55,504 nucleotides of DNA from Casimicrobium sp. (GCA_051645545.1 JBOFBL010000555.1:1-55504); one strand, 5' to 3'. Positions 37,100 through 46,044 are shown, counted from the first letter of the stretch. Program-made: numbers and translations. Notes: generated by a model from the sequence alone, not told the origin.

Positions 37100-37327
37100 T
37101 ACAAACTCGCGGCGGCGGCTAGCGTTTTCGTGGCCGTTGCAACGCTAGAATTTGTAATCGTGCGCTTGGAAAGCGCTTTATTTTTCAATGGGTTTCGCTG
37201 TTTTGAGCGCAAGCATGGGGTGCAAGGGGTCGCAAGTTCGAATCTTGTCACACCGACCAATTCACGTGGGTTTTGTTGATAGTGCATACTAACGGCATTA
37301 CAAATTATTGGGGTGGCATTACAAATT
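37096..37327. promoter_or_regulatory. attP region with arm-type integrase binding repeats
   Basis: ATTACAAA-core repeats at 37096, 37294, 37315 and inverted at 37149-37158 flanking the core. Confidence 0.75.
37213..37259 (+). other. attP core: 3' half of tRNA-Pro(GGG)
   Basis: Anticodon loop ATGGGGT, T-arm GCAAG-TTCGAAT-CTTGT, acceptor strand CACACCG-A-CCA; no 5' half. Confidence 0.9.
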
Positions 37328-37850
37328 CACTCTTCGCCGTTGATCGCAAGCGCTCGCAAAACTTGAGGTAGCCGGTTTTGTCGTTCGCTTCAAGGAACGG
37401 CCTCGCTAGTGTGATCGTCCACCAAGCATTGGCGTACCATGTGATTCCTTCGCCATTTTTCCCCCACGGCTTTTTGATGCCTATGCATCGCGAGAGCGAT
37501 GCAATCGTTGCGCCATGTGTTTTTTCGAGAACTTGCGCTCCATTGGCAAAAATCCAATCAAGGTCGCTGGCGAGTTTTTCCGCCTCGGCCTCGTCTTTCT
37601 TCCACTGCTCAAGCAGTGCGAATTGCTGGGTTTCGATTAACAACAGTTGCCGTTCTTCGTACCACGAGCGTTGGCCACTGCCTTTAATGTGAAGTGTGAA
37701 CTCCTGGCGTTCGCGCTCGCCGCCGCCGTATTGGTCGGCGTAGCTGCCGATCACAATGGCCTCACAATCGGATTGAAAGTGTTGCATGTGTCGCCCGAGG
37801 TCTTTGGCGATGCGAACAAGGTCGCCGTGGTGGTATTTTTGTTCTCTCAT
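37305..37850 (-). CDS. Hypothetical protein
   Basis: ATGA coupling; KY..GDLV.I SH3/KOW-like start. Confidence 0.75.
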   Translation of the reverse strand: MREQKYHHGDLVRIAKDLGRHMQHFQSDCEAIVIGSYADQYGGGERERQEFTLHIKGSGQRSWYEERQLLLIETQQFALLEQWKKDEAEAEKLASDLDWIFANGAQVLEKTHGATIASLSRCIGIKKPWGKNGEGITWYANAWWTITLARPFLEANDKTGYLKFCERLRSTAKSEFVMPPQ

Positions 37851-38296
37851 GCTGCAATCCATTGGGTGTAGGGTTGCCCGACAAATTGTGCGGCAGCAAG
37901 TAAATCGTCTTCGGTAACGAGCGCTTCGGGCTCGAATTGAATGATGCTGACGTAAGCTTCGGCCGAAAATTGTCCTGCCTGAAAATCTGGGTCAATCACT
38001 TTTGGTGTCGCAGTAGAAGTACCGAACGCTCTTGGTTTGCCTGGCGCGCATGCGTATCCGCTGGGTAAGTCTTTGTTATCGAAAATTGGTTGCGCCAGCT
38101 TCTTCCAGTCTGATACGGGGCGCTCTAAGTAACTTAGAGCTTTTTGAATGTCTTCTTCGCGCGTTTTTCCGTATGAGAGCACCCACTCAACCCTATACAC
38201 AATCCGATAAATGGTTGATTTCGGGTGTGCCGCTGTAGCGTGCGCAATAAATTCGCTCGTTCCGATCCTGCGCTGATTTGGGTGAATCCAAGTCAT
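37847..38296 (-). CDS. Hypothetical protein coupled to integrase
   Basis: ATGA overlap with int stop, GGGGA RBS. Confidence 0.7.
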   Translation of the reverse strand: MTWIHPNQRRIGTSEFIAHATAAHPKSTIYRIVYRVEWVLSYGKTREEDIQKALSYLERPVSDWKKLAQPIFDNKDLPSGYACAPGKPRAFGTSTATPKVIDPDFQAGQFSAEAYVSIIQFEPEALVTEDDLLAAAQFVGQPYTQWIAA

Positions 38297-39531
38297 TGAT
38301 TCCCCACCTTCGGTATGCGCCCCGGGATTACGGGCTTTTGCGTTCGTTTGTACACTTTTCGTGTGATGGCCGAATCGGTGTGTCCGGCTCGTTCTTGGGC
38401 TAGTTCGATGGTTTCGCTGTCGCTCACCATCTTGGCTTTGATGTCGTGTTTGTGGAACGTCTTGGGGTCGATGCCTTGCTTTTCGCAGGCGCGATCCCAT
38501 GCGCTTCGGTGGCCGTATTTCGTCCAGCGCTCGCCTTTGTTGTTCAGAAACAACGGTTGCTGGCTGGGGAGTAGGTGTACGTTATTGCTGCCTGGCTGCG
38601 TTTTACGCAGGGATAGGGCGCGCTCGATCGTGCGGCCTAGGTCGTTCAACGTTCCGTCTTCGTTGCGCAGCTTGTAGGGCTTTTGCAGGCGTCTGCGTTC
38701 TTCGGGGGTGCGCGGCATGTCGGCGGCGCGCAGTTTGTTCGGGAGCACGAATAGGGTGTCGTGCGTGACGTCGGTCAAGTTCAGTTGCCGAATCATGTCG
38801 GGGCGTGCGCCGGTGGCGAGCTGGGTGTCCATCATGCATTGCAGGATCGGCGGCGCGGCGCTGCGCACTTTCGTGTACTGATTGTCATCGGCGTAATGCG
38901 TGCGCGAGCGCTCGGGGTTGAAGCGCAGTTCGCGTGCGGGGTTGAAATTGGTTTCGCTCCATAGGCGATCGGCGTCGTCGAAGATTTGCGCGAGCAGTTT
39001 GATTTCGCGATTGGCGATCACTTTGCGCGTGCCGGTTTGCGGCTTGCCGTCTTTGCGAATGAAGGTTTGAATTTCTTGGGCGTCGCGCAGGTATTTTTGC
39101 AAGACTCGACGGGTTGCAAAATCGTCGTTATGCGCTTGGCTTTGCGCTTCGGCATCGGTTCGGGCGAATTGCAGATGGCGCAGCGATCGATTGAGGCCGA
39201 CGAGCAAATCGGCGTAATACTGGCGCGTGTTCGGATCCTCGACGCGCGGCAATTCTTCGGTTTGCCAGCGATCGAGCAGACGGCCAATCGTGTTGCCTTG
39301 TTCAGCGCTGGCGAAATCTTTTTCGAGCGCGGGGAGGATGGTTTTTGCCCACCATGCGCGCGCTTCGTTTTTGTTGGCGGTGCCGCTGGAGGCGGAGGCT
39401 TTGCCGAAAAGCTGTTGCGCAATCGCGCGCGTGGCCGCCGATGTGCCGCGCCAATGCCACAGCGTGCCGTTCGGCGTGAACATGCCGTCGGGCATGTCTT
39501 TGTGCTTAGTTTTTGGGCGGCCCATTGGCAT
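38293..39531 (-). CDS. int: Tyrosine integrase
   Basis: ANREI, TGAR, HDIKAK, AGH, VYKR catalytic motifs; near tRNA-derived attP. Confidence 0.92.
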   Translation of the reverse strand: MPMGRPKTKHKDMPDGMFTPNGTLWHWRGTSAATRAIAQQLFGKASASSGTANKNEARAWWAKTILPALEKDFASAEQGNTIGRLLDRWQTEELPRVEDPNTRQYYADLLVGLNRSLRHLQFARTDAEAQSQAHNDDFATRRVLQKYLRDAQEIQTFIRKDGKPQTGTRKVIANREIKLLAQIFDDADRLWSETNFNPARELRFNPERSRTHYADDNQYTKVRSAAPPILQCMMDTQLATGARPDMIRQLNLTDVTHDTLFVLPNKLRAADMPRTPEERRRLQKPYKLRNEDGTLNDLGRTIERALSLRKTQPGSNNVHLLPSQQPLFLNNKGERWTKYGHRSAWDRACEKQGIDPKTFHKHDIKAKMVSDSETIELAQERAGHTDSAITRKVYKRTQKPVIPGRIPKVGNQ

Positions 39532-39533
39532 GA

Positions 39534-40175
39534 TTATGCGGCGGCTTTCTGTGCTTCTGCTTTCGTTGCGTCGTATAGTTTGATCGCGTGAACGATCGCG
39601 TAACAGCACCAAAGAAACCTAAACGTGTAACGCTCGCAGCCGAGCCAGTCATCAATTTCAAAGCTAAACGTGCAGTCGCCTCGTTCGAAGTTGAAATTTC
39701 GCGTGGCTTCAATAGCCACAAACTGTTGTTCTTCTTCGTAATGAAGAACTTCGAAGTCAACTTCGTCGCGAAGCGCCTGTTTATCTTCTTGGCTCCACTC
39801 GCAGCCGTCGATAAAGTCATTTAGGTGGTACTCGATCATTGATCGAAACCCTTCGGGGCTCCATTCTTTGAATCCGTCCGATCGGTCGATAGCTTCTAGT
39901 TTTTCCGACCAATAACTTGGGTTGATCCGATCCTTGTGTTTATCGGCCTTGCGGAAAAATTGAAACATGTCTTCGAGGCGCTGAAACGTGAAGCTGCCCA
40001 TGTCGCCGACGTAGGCAAGATAGTTTGGCCACGTGACGATTTCATAGTGCATCACACTGCTTTTGCCTTTGCCGACGCGAAGGTGGCGATAAAGGCCGTC
40101 GTCTCGCAGGATTTGTAGTTCGTGCTCGGCGACATCTTTCGCAAACGTTTCGTAAGTTGGATTTGTTGTGCTCAC
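39534..40175 (-). CDS. Conserved phage hypothetical protein
   Basis: DDGLYRHL, TWP..L...GDMG, DMF.FFR, IN..YW.EKL, FLWCC.AI pattern. Confidence 0.8.
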   Translation of the reverse strand: MSTTNPTYETFAKDVAEHELQILRDDGLYRHLRVGKGKSSVMHYEIVTWPNYLAYVGDMGSFTFQRLEDMFQFFRKADKHKDRINPSYWSEKLEAIDRSDGFKEWSPEGFRSMIEYHLNDFIDGCEWSQEDKQALRDEVDFEVLHYEEEQQFVAIEATRNFNFERGDCTFSFEIDDWLGCERYTFRFLWCCYAIVHAIKLYDATKAEAQKAAA

Positions 40176-40585
40176 TTGTCAATCCATTTCAATTGCGAAA
40201 CGATGTCGTCGGGTACGTCGAAGTAGCCGAGTTGCCCTTTGAGTGGGAACGGTTCGCAGCGGCGCGGGTTGATGAAGACGTGGCCGTAGGGGCCGACGAA
40301 GTAGGGGGAATGATGTGCGTCGGCCGATTCAATTAACGTGACGCGGCCAATGATGTGGCCGCGTTGTTGGTCGATGATGTGCTGCTGTTCAAGCATGAGT
40401 TCGTGCGAGTCGTCGATGTGCCAAACAAAGTCGAGCGTAGCAATCCACTCTTTGTTTGTGATGCCCTTTGCCGCATGAATCAACACGTCGCCGCGCACGG
40501 GTGTGTGCCACGTGCGATTCTCAACGTCTTTGAAGTTGTTCACGATAAGCCACGCCCACGGCTGGCGGATGGTGAGGCATTTCAT
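40172..40585 (-). CDS. ASCH domain protein
   Basis: LTIRQPWAWLI...KDVENRTW...RG..LIHA. Confidence 0.9.
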   Translation of the reverse strand: MKCLTIRQPWAWLIVNNFKDVENRTWHTPVRGDVLIHAAKGITNKEWIATLDFVWHIDDSHELMLEQQHIIDQQRGHIIGRVTLIESADAHHSPYFVGPYGHVFINPRRCEPFPLKGQLGYFDVPDDIVSQLKWIDK

Positions 40586-40824
40586 TGTTTGGTTGCCTCG
40601 CGGTTACGTTCGTGCTGCACGATCGCTTGCGTCCGATACATCTGTTCTATGGCGTAATGGATGGCTCGGTTGCACGTTTCTTCGATAGAGTTGATGGCGA
40701 GAAAGTATTCCGGCTGCGATGCGCCGCGCGTCGCTTGAAGTTGCTCAATTAATTTTTTTGTTTCAGCTCGTGTGGCGACAAAATACGCGGCCAAATCTGG
40801 TATTGAAGAGTGTTGTGCGCTCAT
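40582..40824 (-). CDS. Hypothetical protein
   Basis: ATGA coupling. Confidence 0.65.
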   Translation of the reverse strand: MSAQHSSIPDLAAYFVATRAETKKLIEQLQATRGASQPEYFLAINSIEETCNRAIHYAIEQMYRTQAIVQHERNREATKQ

Positions 40825-41213
40825 GTCTTGCCTTTAATCGCCGCTAGCGATTTTTGTAGGGCTTCGATCTGGCTTTCCTGTTTCGGTGCTTCAAGCATCC
40901 AAACGCAGTTTTTGCCTTCGATGACTGCGGTTCGAAAGATCACGTTTTTCTTTGTGATCTTCGCCCATTTGATCGCGGCTTTCACCATCGCGTTCGCTGC
41001 GCCGCGCGAGGGGCATTCGGCCATGCTGCCGATTTGCATCTGGCTCAAGATCGCGTCGTACTTGCTCGCCATGTCATTGCGCGGACCGGGGTAGGGCACG
41101 TTGTGCTTGATCTTGATTTCATCGGTATCGATGAAGCATCGTTTCGATGGCGGCGGCTGGTACGCGGCGTGTGCCGAGCCGACTAATAGGGGCGATTTGA
41201 CTTTGCGGTTCAT
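40821..41213 (-). CDS. Putative small DNA-binding protein
   Basis: SKY....M.IG...R......VW pattern; ATGA coupling. Confidence 0.6.
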   Translation of the reverse strand: MNRKVKSPLLVGSAHAAYQPPPSKRCFIDTDEIKIKHNVPYPGPRNDMASKYDAILSQMQIGSMAECPSRGAANAMVKAAIKWAKITKKNVIFRTAVIEGKNCVWMLEAPKQESQIEALQKSLAAIKGKT

Positions 41214-41410
41214 GCGTTCGCCTTCGGTGGAATCTTTTCGCATTTCGCGAGCACGATTTCGCGCGGGTTGGCGGCTTTGATGTTGTGCTCAAACTGTCGC
41301 ACAAACGCGACGCATGCGGGTTGATCTGGAAACGCAATCATCTTCACGGCGCTTGGGTGTGCGCTGCCGTTGTTGGCGATGAAAATGATGGTGATGAGGG
41401 CGTGCCACAT
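41210..41410 (-). CDS. Small exported/membrane protein
   Basis: MWHALITIIFI hydrophobic start, two Cys. Confidence 0.6.
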   Translation of the reverse strand: MWHALITIIFIANNGSAHPSAVKMIAFPDQPACVAFVRQFEHNIKAANPREIVLAKCEKIPPKANA

Positions 41411-41412
41411 GG

Positions 41413-41784
41413 TTATTCGTCGTCGAAGTTCCGCGCAGGGATTTCCTGCTTTGTGGTGCCGCCCAAGTTGCTGAAACGCTTTCCGGCTTCTTCTTTTGCG
41501 GTGAGCCAAGCCTCGTATTCTTTGACGATTTTTCGGGCGGCTTCTTGTTGCGCGACCGTGACATTCTGGTCAACCGCGTCTTTGCGGGCGTTGCTGATCG
41601 CCCAATCGCTGTGCGGTGGCTTCGGTTGCAGGCTATCGATCGCGTCGACTAGGTTTTTCAGCACCTCGTTCGGGTCGCTCGTGTCGGGCACACTCACGCG
41701 CACCTCGTAGCGGATGTGTTCGAAGTTACCGAGGCTGTAGAGTCGGCCGATACAGATTTCAGTGACTTGGGGTTGTGCGTTCAT
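41413..41784 (-). CDS. Hypothetical protein
   Basis: GRLY.LGN.EH.RYE pattern; ATGA coupling. Confidence 0.7.
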   Translation of the reverse strand: MNAQPQVTEICIGRLYSLGNFEHIRYEVRVSVPDTSDPNEVLKNLVDAIDSLQPKPPHSDWAISNARKDAVDQNVTVAQQEAARKIVKEYEAWLTAKEEAGKRFSNLGGTTKQEIPARNFDDE

Positions 41785-41981
41785 GCGGCTTTTCTTTCAA
41801 TGAAGGGTTGCAGGGCTGCGTCTAGTTCGCGCAGGCGTTTGAGTTCTTGTTCAGGGAGTTCGGTGGTGACCCAGCGGCCACGACACTTGGCGCAGGCACG
41901 CACGCGACGAATCGCACCGTTGGCAGCGGGGCTTGTGCGGTGCACGGTGTGCTCGGTGTGGTGGCAGGTGGGGCAGTGCAT
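41781..41981 (-). CDS. NrdR-N/Ogr-like zinc-ribbon protein
   Basis: CPTC...IRR.R.C..C..RW.T.E. Confidence 0.75.
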   Translation of the reverse strand: MHCPTCHHTEHTVHRTSPAANGAIRRVRACAKCRGRWVTTELPEQELKRLRELDAALQPFIERKAA

Positions 41982-41987
41982 TTGGGG

Positions 41988-42122
41988 TTATGAGAGAAGG
42001 CGCGATAGCTTTCCGTAGAGTGCGATTGCGGTAACTGCGCCAGTGGCAAACCCAAAGCCAAAAAGAATGGATAGCAGCACGAATTCGATGTTCTCGATCG
42101 CGTTATCAAATTTTGTTTTCAC
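41988..42122 (-). CDS. 44-aa membrane peptide
   Basis: GGGAG RBS before GTG; MKTKFDNAIENIEFVLLSILFGFGFATGAVTAIALYGKLSRLLS (below ORF track cutoff). Confidence 0.6.
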   Translation of the reverse strand: MKTKFDNAIENIEFVLLSILFGFGFATGAVTAIALYGKLSRLLS

Positions 42123-42124
42123 GG

Positions 42125-42286
42125 TTACTCCCAAAATGTGAATTCGACGGATTTTTTTTCGAGTGCGTCCCGCAATGCGTCGGCGCTATCGAAGTCGATC
42201 ACCATTCGGAAGTCGTGCGTATTTTTTTCTCCGTCAATGTCGAGTGTGGTGATTTGACCGACTTCGATTGCTCTGGCTTTTGACAT
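42125..42286 (-). CDS. Small hypothetical protein
   Basis: AAGGA RBS; MSKARAIEVGQ. Confidence 0.6.
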   Translation of the reverse strand: MSKARAIEVGQITTLDIDGEKNTHDFRMVIDFDSADALRDALEKKSVEFTFWE

Positions 42287-42311
42287 GATGATCTTTCCTT
42301 GTTCGGTGGTC

Positions 42312-42335
42312 GGTGCGTTGAAAACGCACCCTACG
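42312..42335 (-). repeat. GTAG-type REP-like palindrome, copy 2
   Basis: Identical to 33851-33874. Confidence 0.75.
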
Positions 42336-42578
42336 CGGGTGTCATCGCGCAATCGGTGATGAGTTCGCCGATGCGAATGACGTCTGCTTTCATTTGTTCG
42401 AGCACGGGTTGTCTGAATGGTGCGTTGATCGGTTGCATGATTTCGAGGGTGTGCATCGCGCCTTCGCGTAGGCCGTGAGCGAAGGCAAGAGCTATGCGCT
42501 TTTATCTTCATCGCTTAAATCGGGTTCGCGTTCGAGCTGCTTTGATTGGTCGCTCAAGATTTGCATGAGGGATTTCAT
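42331..42578 (-). pseudogene. Small gene with apparent 1-nt frameshift
   Basis: MKSL...EDK joins RIALAFAHG...MTPA* if one A is added at 42500-42503. Confidence 0.5.
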
Positions 42579-42766
42579 GGAAAAGATCGCCTGTTGCGTG
42601 AAATGAAAAAGCGCCACTTGCCAATGGTGATGTGTTTTCGTTTGCCTGTTCGCTCTGAAAACAAGGGTGGCAGGACTTCGAGGTTCTTCCATGTGATCAA
42701 GATGCACAGAAGTCGAAGCCAGCCGTTAGCTTCGCTTGCATGAAAACTAAACAATGGCTGTCTCAC
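42575..42766 (-). CDS. Hypothetical protein
   Basis: GTGA/ATGA coupling; PLFSER.G pattern. Confidence 0.6.
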   Translation of the reverse strand: MRQPLFSFHASEANGWLRLLCILITWKNLEVLPPLFSERTGKRKHITIGKWRFFISRNRRSFP

Positions 42767-43428
42767 GGTAGGCTTTCCGGTTGGCGCTTCGGGTGAAACT
42801 TGGCGATCGGGTGTTGTGCTGTGTATTTCCACCACTCGCTGCTGCCCATTTGCTCGGGGGTGTCGTAGGTGAATTGCTCCCAATCGGCGGTGTTAGGTCG
42901 CGGCCATTGATTTTTTAGGATCGTGCCGTCTGGCATCGTGCGTTTGCCTTCAAACAATCCACCGGGTGTTTCTTTCCAAAACCCCCACGGCTTTGTGGCG
43001 CGGTCGCGGTGGATGAAGAGTGACCAGCAGGTGTTGTCGTTCTGAGTTTGATCTGCATCGGCAATGATCAGGGTGCGTCCCGATCTTGAGCGTCGCAATG
43101 CGTCTTTCAAGCAATCCGTAAACGTAGTCGGCAACGTCACCCGATGAAACCGATCGCCGTTGAGCCAGTTAAACCAGCGCACGATGCGCACACCGTCGCG
43201 TCGATGCTCGCGGTACCAACCGGCCAAGATGATCGAGAGCGCCCACGGCCACGGGTGATCGTGCAGCCCGCGCGCGGGATCGTCGCCGACGAAGCGATGC
43301 AGGTAGCAGCGCACACCAAGGGCGCGAAACAAAAAGTAGCGCTCAAGATAAGGGCGACCGTCTTCGTCGATCACGCGCAGCGGACGATTGTTCGTGAGGC
43401 GGTACAGGATTCGTTTGGTGAGGCTCAT
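42763..43428 (-). CDS. Cupin-like phage protein
   Basis: YLERY, LHRF..DD....HDHPW, G.Y.E, FHRV, WGF His-rich motifs. Confidence 0.75.
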   Translation of the reverse strand: MSLTKRILYRLTNNRPLRVIDEDGRPYLERYFLFRALGVRCYLHRFVGDDPARGLHDHPWPWALSIILAGWYREHRRDGVRIVRWFNWLNGDRFHRVTLPTTFTDCLKDALRRSRSGRTLIIADADQTQNDNTCWSLFIHRDRATKPWGFWKETPGGLFEGKRTMPDGTILKNQWPRPNTADWEQFTYDTPEQMGSSEWWKYTAQHPIAKFHPKRQPESLP

Positions 43429-43652
43429 TGAGTGAGGGTTTTGTTTTTGGTGGGACAGTCGGGGAGGGTGTGAAGCGGTTGATACTCGTAGCGGGTTTCG
43501 ATCTTCCTGTGCGGATCGTCTATTTCCTCGTATTTGCCGATGCAAATCGAGCCCACCATTTGAAAGTGAATTCGCGGCTGAGGGCCCGCCCACTGCCGCC
43601 GCGATCCATCGGCGTGGATCGCGGTGATGAGATAGACCTCGGGTGTGCTCAT
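43425..43652 (-). CDS. Hypothetical protein
   Basis: Operon packing, ATGA coupling. Confidence 0.55.
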   Translation of the reverse strand: MSTPEVYLITAIHADGSRRQWAGPQPRIHFQMVGSICIGKYEEIDDPHRKIETRYEYQPLHTLPDCPTKNKTLTQ

Positions 43653-43666
43653 GTTTGATGGCTCGC

Positions 43667-44563
43667 TCAAAACAGTTGTTTTTCTTCGCCGCCGAGCGCT
43701 TCGATCAGGTCGGGGATGAGCTTCGAAAGCTCGCCTGTGAGAATCGCAACATCGCCGTCGAATGCGTCTTCGTTTTCGGTCGCTTGGGTTTCCATGACGC
43801 CGTCGAGCAGTTTGATCTTTTTGATTTGCAGCTTGTCGGTTAAAAGGAACGCAGTGCGATCGGCCCAGGTGAGCGCGAGTTTCGTCGGCATCTTGCCGTT
43901 GACGACATGCGTCTTTACTTCGTCGATTTCGATGTTGTGCCGCATGTAGCGCGCGATCGCTTGGGTTTCGTCGGTGGCTTTCAGTTCGCATTCGCGATCA
44001 AGGCTGAATCGCCCCGGTGCGTCCTGATCCATCAGCCACGATGCCATGCAAACGGCGGCGGCTTTCTGTGTTTGCATCGGCGACATGGCGAGGCCGTCGA
44101 TCGATGCGAGGAGCAAGACGGCGATTACATCGGCTTTCGCTGGGCTTGCGGCTTCGATGCATACGAGCTTCGCGGTCGGGTCAATCCAGACTGTCGCGCA
44201 AGACAGCTTCGTGAACGCGCGCGGCAGCAATTCAAGATGGACTTGCTCGCGAAGGTCTTTGATCGCGGCGCGGCCGAGTTTGCGGCCGCCTGCGTCTTCG
44301 ATTTGTTTCGCTTTGGCGTCCGCGGTGCGCTTCACGACGGCGCTCGGCAACATTTTGCTTTCGAGTTGCAAGCGAAGTATCCATTGACCAGCGACCGACT
44401 CAATCAATTCATCGCCTATGCCGCGCGGTGCGACCCAGCCGACCGATTGATCCTGCGTCGCTGCGCATGGCTGAAACGCCATTGATTTCACGCCTTGTCG
44501 CGCTTGTTCGAGGTCAAGACTTGTGTCTTTTGCGATGCGGAAGATGCAGATGTTGGATAGCAT
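43667..44563 (-). CDS. rdgC: Recombination-associated protein RdgC
   Basis: F.PC...Q.SVGWV.P, K.LPS.VV, LLPRAF, KLALTW, FDGD motifs. Confidence 0.92.
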   Translation of the reverse strand: MLSNICIFRIAKDTSLDLEQARQGVKSMAFQPCAATQDQSVGWVAPRGIGDELIESVAGQWILRLQLESKMLPSAVVKRTADAKAKQIEDAGGRKLGRAAIKDLREQVHLELLPRAFTKLSCATVWIDPTAKLVCIEAASPAKADVIAVLLLASIDGLAMSPMQTQKAAAVCMASWLMDQDAPGRFSLDRECELKATDETQAIARYMRHNIEIDEVKTHVVNGKMPTKLALTWADRTAFLLTDKLQIKKIKLLDGVMETQATENEDAFDGDVAILTGELSKLIPDLIEALGGEEKQLF

Positions 44564-44606
44564 TTTTGGATTAGCGATTCGCCGAGCGAATTGGTTTAAT
44601 CGTGAG

Positions 44607-44906
44607 TTAAAGAAATTGCTTCACGATCCATGCGATGCCGAGGATCATGAATGGATAAACGAAGCCCGTGAAAAAACCATGGGTGAGTTTTTTCTCGTCG
44701 CTGAGCTTTTCGTAATCGAAGTTGTATGGCATTGCGAGCCAACCGACGACGATCGCGAGGCCGATGGCTTCGGGGATGCGCAGCTCGCGCAAGCCAAATT
44801 GCTGCACGATGAACCAACTCCAAAGCACAGAAAGCGCCCATCCGCGAATAATCATTGCGAACGGGGTCATCAATATTGCGATGACGAAGAAGGCGCCTTG
44901 GTGCAT
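44607..44906 (-). CDS. Membrane protein
   Basis: Hydrophobic; G..LS.LW.WF.V..FGL..L.I..AIG. Confidence 0.75.
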   Translation of the reverse strand: MHQGAFFVIAILMTPFAMIIRGWALSVLWSWFIVQQFGLRELRIPEAIGLAIVVGWLAMPYNFDYEKLSDEKKLTHGFFTGFVYPFMILGIAWIVKQFL

Positions 44907-44909
44907 CGC

Positions 44910-45344
44910 TTACGCTGCCTTCGCCCACGTCGTTGCGCCTGACGATGGTTTGTGCAATCGCCGCTCGGCTTGTTGCAGGAGCGCTTTGAGCGGTTTCTTT
45001 TTTTGTTCGTATTCGCTGGTGAGTTCGCGCAGGGGGCGCGTGCGACGCGAGTACGCGCGGGTGATGGCGCGTACGCGCCTGGCGAGTTGGTCGGCGATGT
45101 ATTCGTTGGCGGCGGCTTCGGTCTCGAACAGGTGTTCGGGTTCGACGTAGCGGCGGCGCGGTTTGAGTTTGCCGAAGTCGTCGGACACCTGATATGCGAT
45201 TTTGTGATCAAGCGGTGTTACGCCGTCTTCGTCGTTATAGGTTTGCAAAAGTGCGCACGGCATCGGCCGCTTGGCGTTTGCGATGATTGCCGGAGTGACA
45301 AACCAGCGGGCTTGGTCGATATGCATTTTTACGGCGTCGTTCAT
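44910..45344 (-). CDS. Hypothetical protein
   Basis: ATGA coupling. Confidence 0.65.
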   Translation of the reverse strand: MNDAVKMHIDQARWFVTPAIIANAKRPMPCALLQTYNDEDGVTPLDHKIAYQVSDDFGKLKPRRRYVEPEHLFETEAAANEYIADQLARRVRAITRAYSRRTRPLRELTSEYEQKKKPLKALLQQAERRLHKPSSGATTWAKAA

Positions 45345-45811
45345 GCGGGAATTCCTTTCGCTGCTAGGGTGTGAGGTTGCTCAATCGGTGAGCGTTGAAG
45401 GTCTTGATGGATGCGGGGCATGTCTTCTGAGACGGCCCAGGCTGCGAATTCGGTGGCGCTTTTGAAGCGTTCGTTTAGGTCGCGGCGGAAGAGGTGGCGT
45501 TGCTCCGCGCCATAGAGCGTTTCGCCGTGCCATTGGGCGACGTTGAACGCGCGACGGGCGTCGATGTGAAAGGTGTGGCCGGTGCCGACGTAGACGGCCA
45601 TCCAGCAAGGGCTGGCGACTCCGTTTTTGCAAGAGTGGTGCACGCGAATCGGGTGGCCGTGCAAGGTGCCGGCGCTGCCTTCGGTTGAGCATTGAAAATG
45701 CTCGTTGACCGTGCCGATCATTTGGACGTGTGTATCGCTACGAATCGTTTTAAGTGAGGCTTCCATGCGTTCACGCAACGGCGATTCATTGAGTGGTGCG
45801 GCGGTTGTCAT
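45341..45811 (-). CDS. Hypothetical protein
   Basis: ATGA coupling both ends. Confidence 0.65.
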   Translation of the reverse strand: MTTAAPLNESPLRERMEASLKTIRSDTHVQMIGTVNEHFQCSTEGSAGTLHGHPIRVHHSCKNGVASPCWMAVYVGTGHTFHIDARRAFNVAQWHGETLYGAEQRHLFRRDLNERFKSATEFAAWAVSEDMPRIHQDLQRSPIEQPHTLAAKGIPA

Positions 45812-46044
45812 GGTGCGCTTTGGAATGCGAAGCCTGCGCGCAGGCCGAGCTTGAAAAGTTTTGAGTACGCGCCCGTGGGCAAGGCGACACTGCGGCGTTC
45901 CGTGCCGACGACGGTGCCATCGTTCGGGCAGACGACGGTGCGGCAAAATTCAATCGTGCGCGTGTGCAGCACGATGTGCGTAACAGGTTGTGGGTCGACG
46001 ATTCCGACAATAGTTTGGATGTCGGTAAGTGCAACTGTGTTCAT
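45808..46044 (-). CDS. Hypothetical protein
   Basis: ATGA coupling both ends. Confidence 0.65.
   Translation of the reverse strand: MNTVALTDIQTIVGIVDPQPVTHIVLHTRTIEFCRTVVCPNDGTVVGTERRSVALPTGAYSKLFKLGLRAGFAFQSAP

Noticed and set aside
37213-37259. Functional tRNA-Pro gene
   Set aside because: No 5' acceptor strand or D-arm upstream; it is the attP core only
37099-37287. 62-aa ORF containing LVGVTRFELATPCTP
   Set aside because: Typical antisense translation of a tRNA fragment
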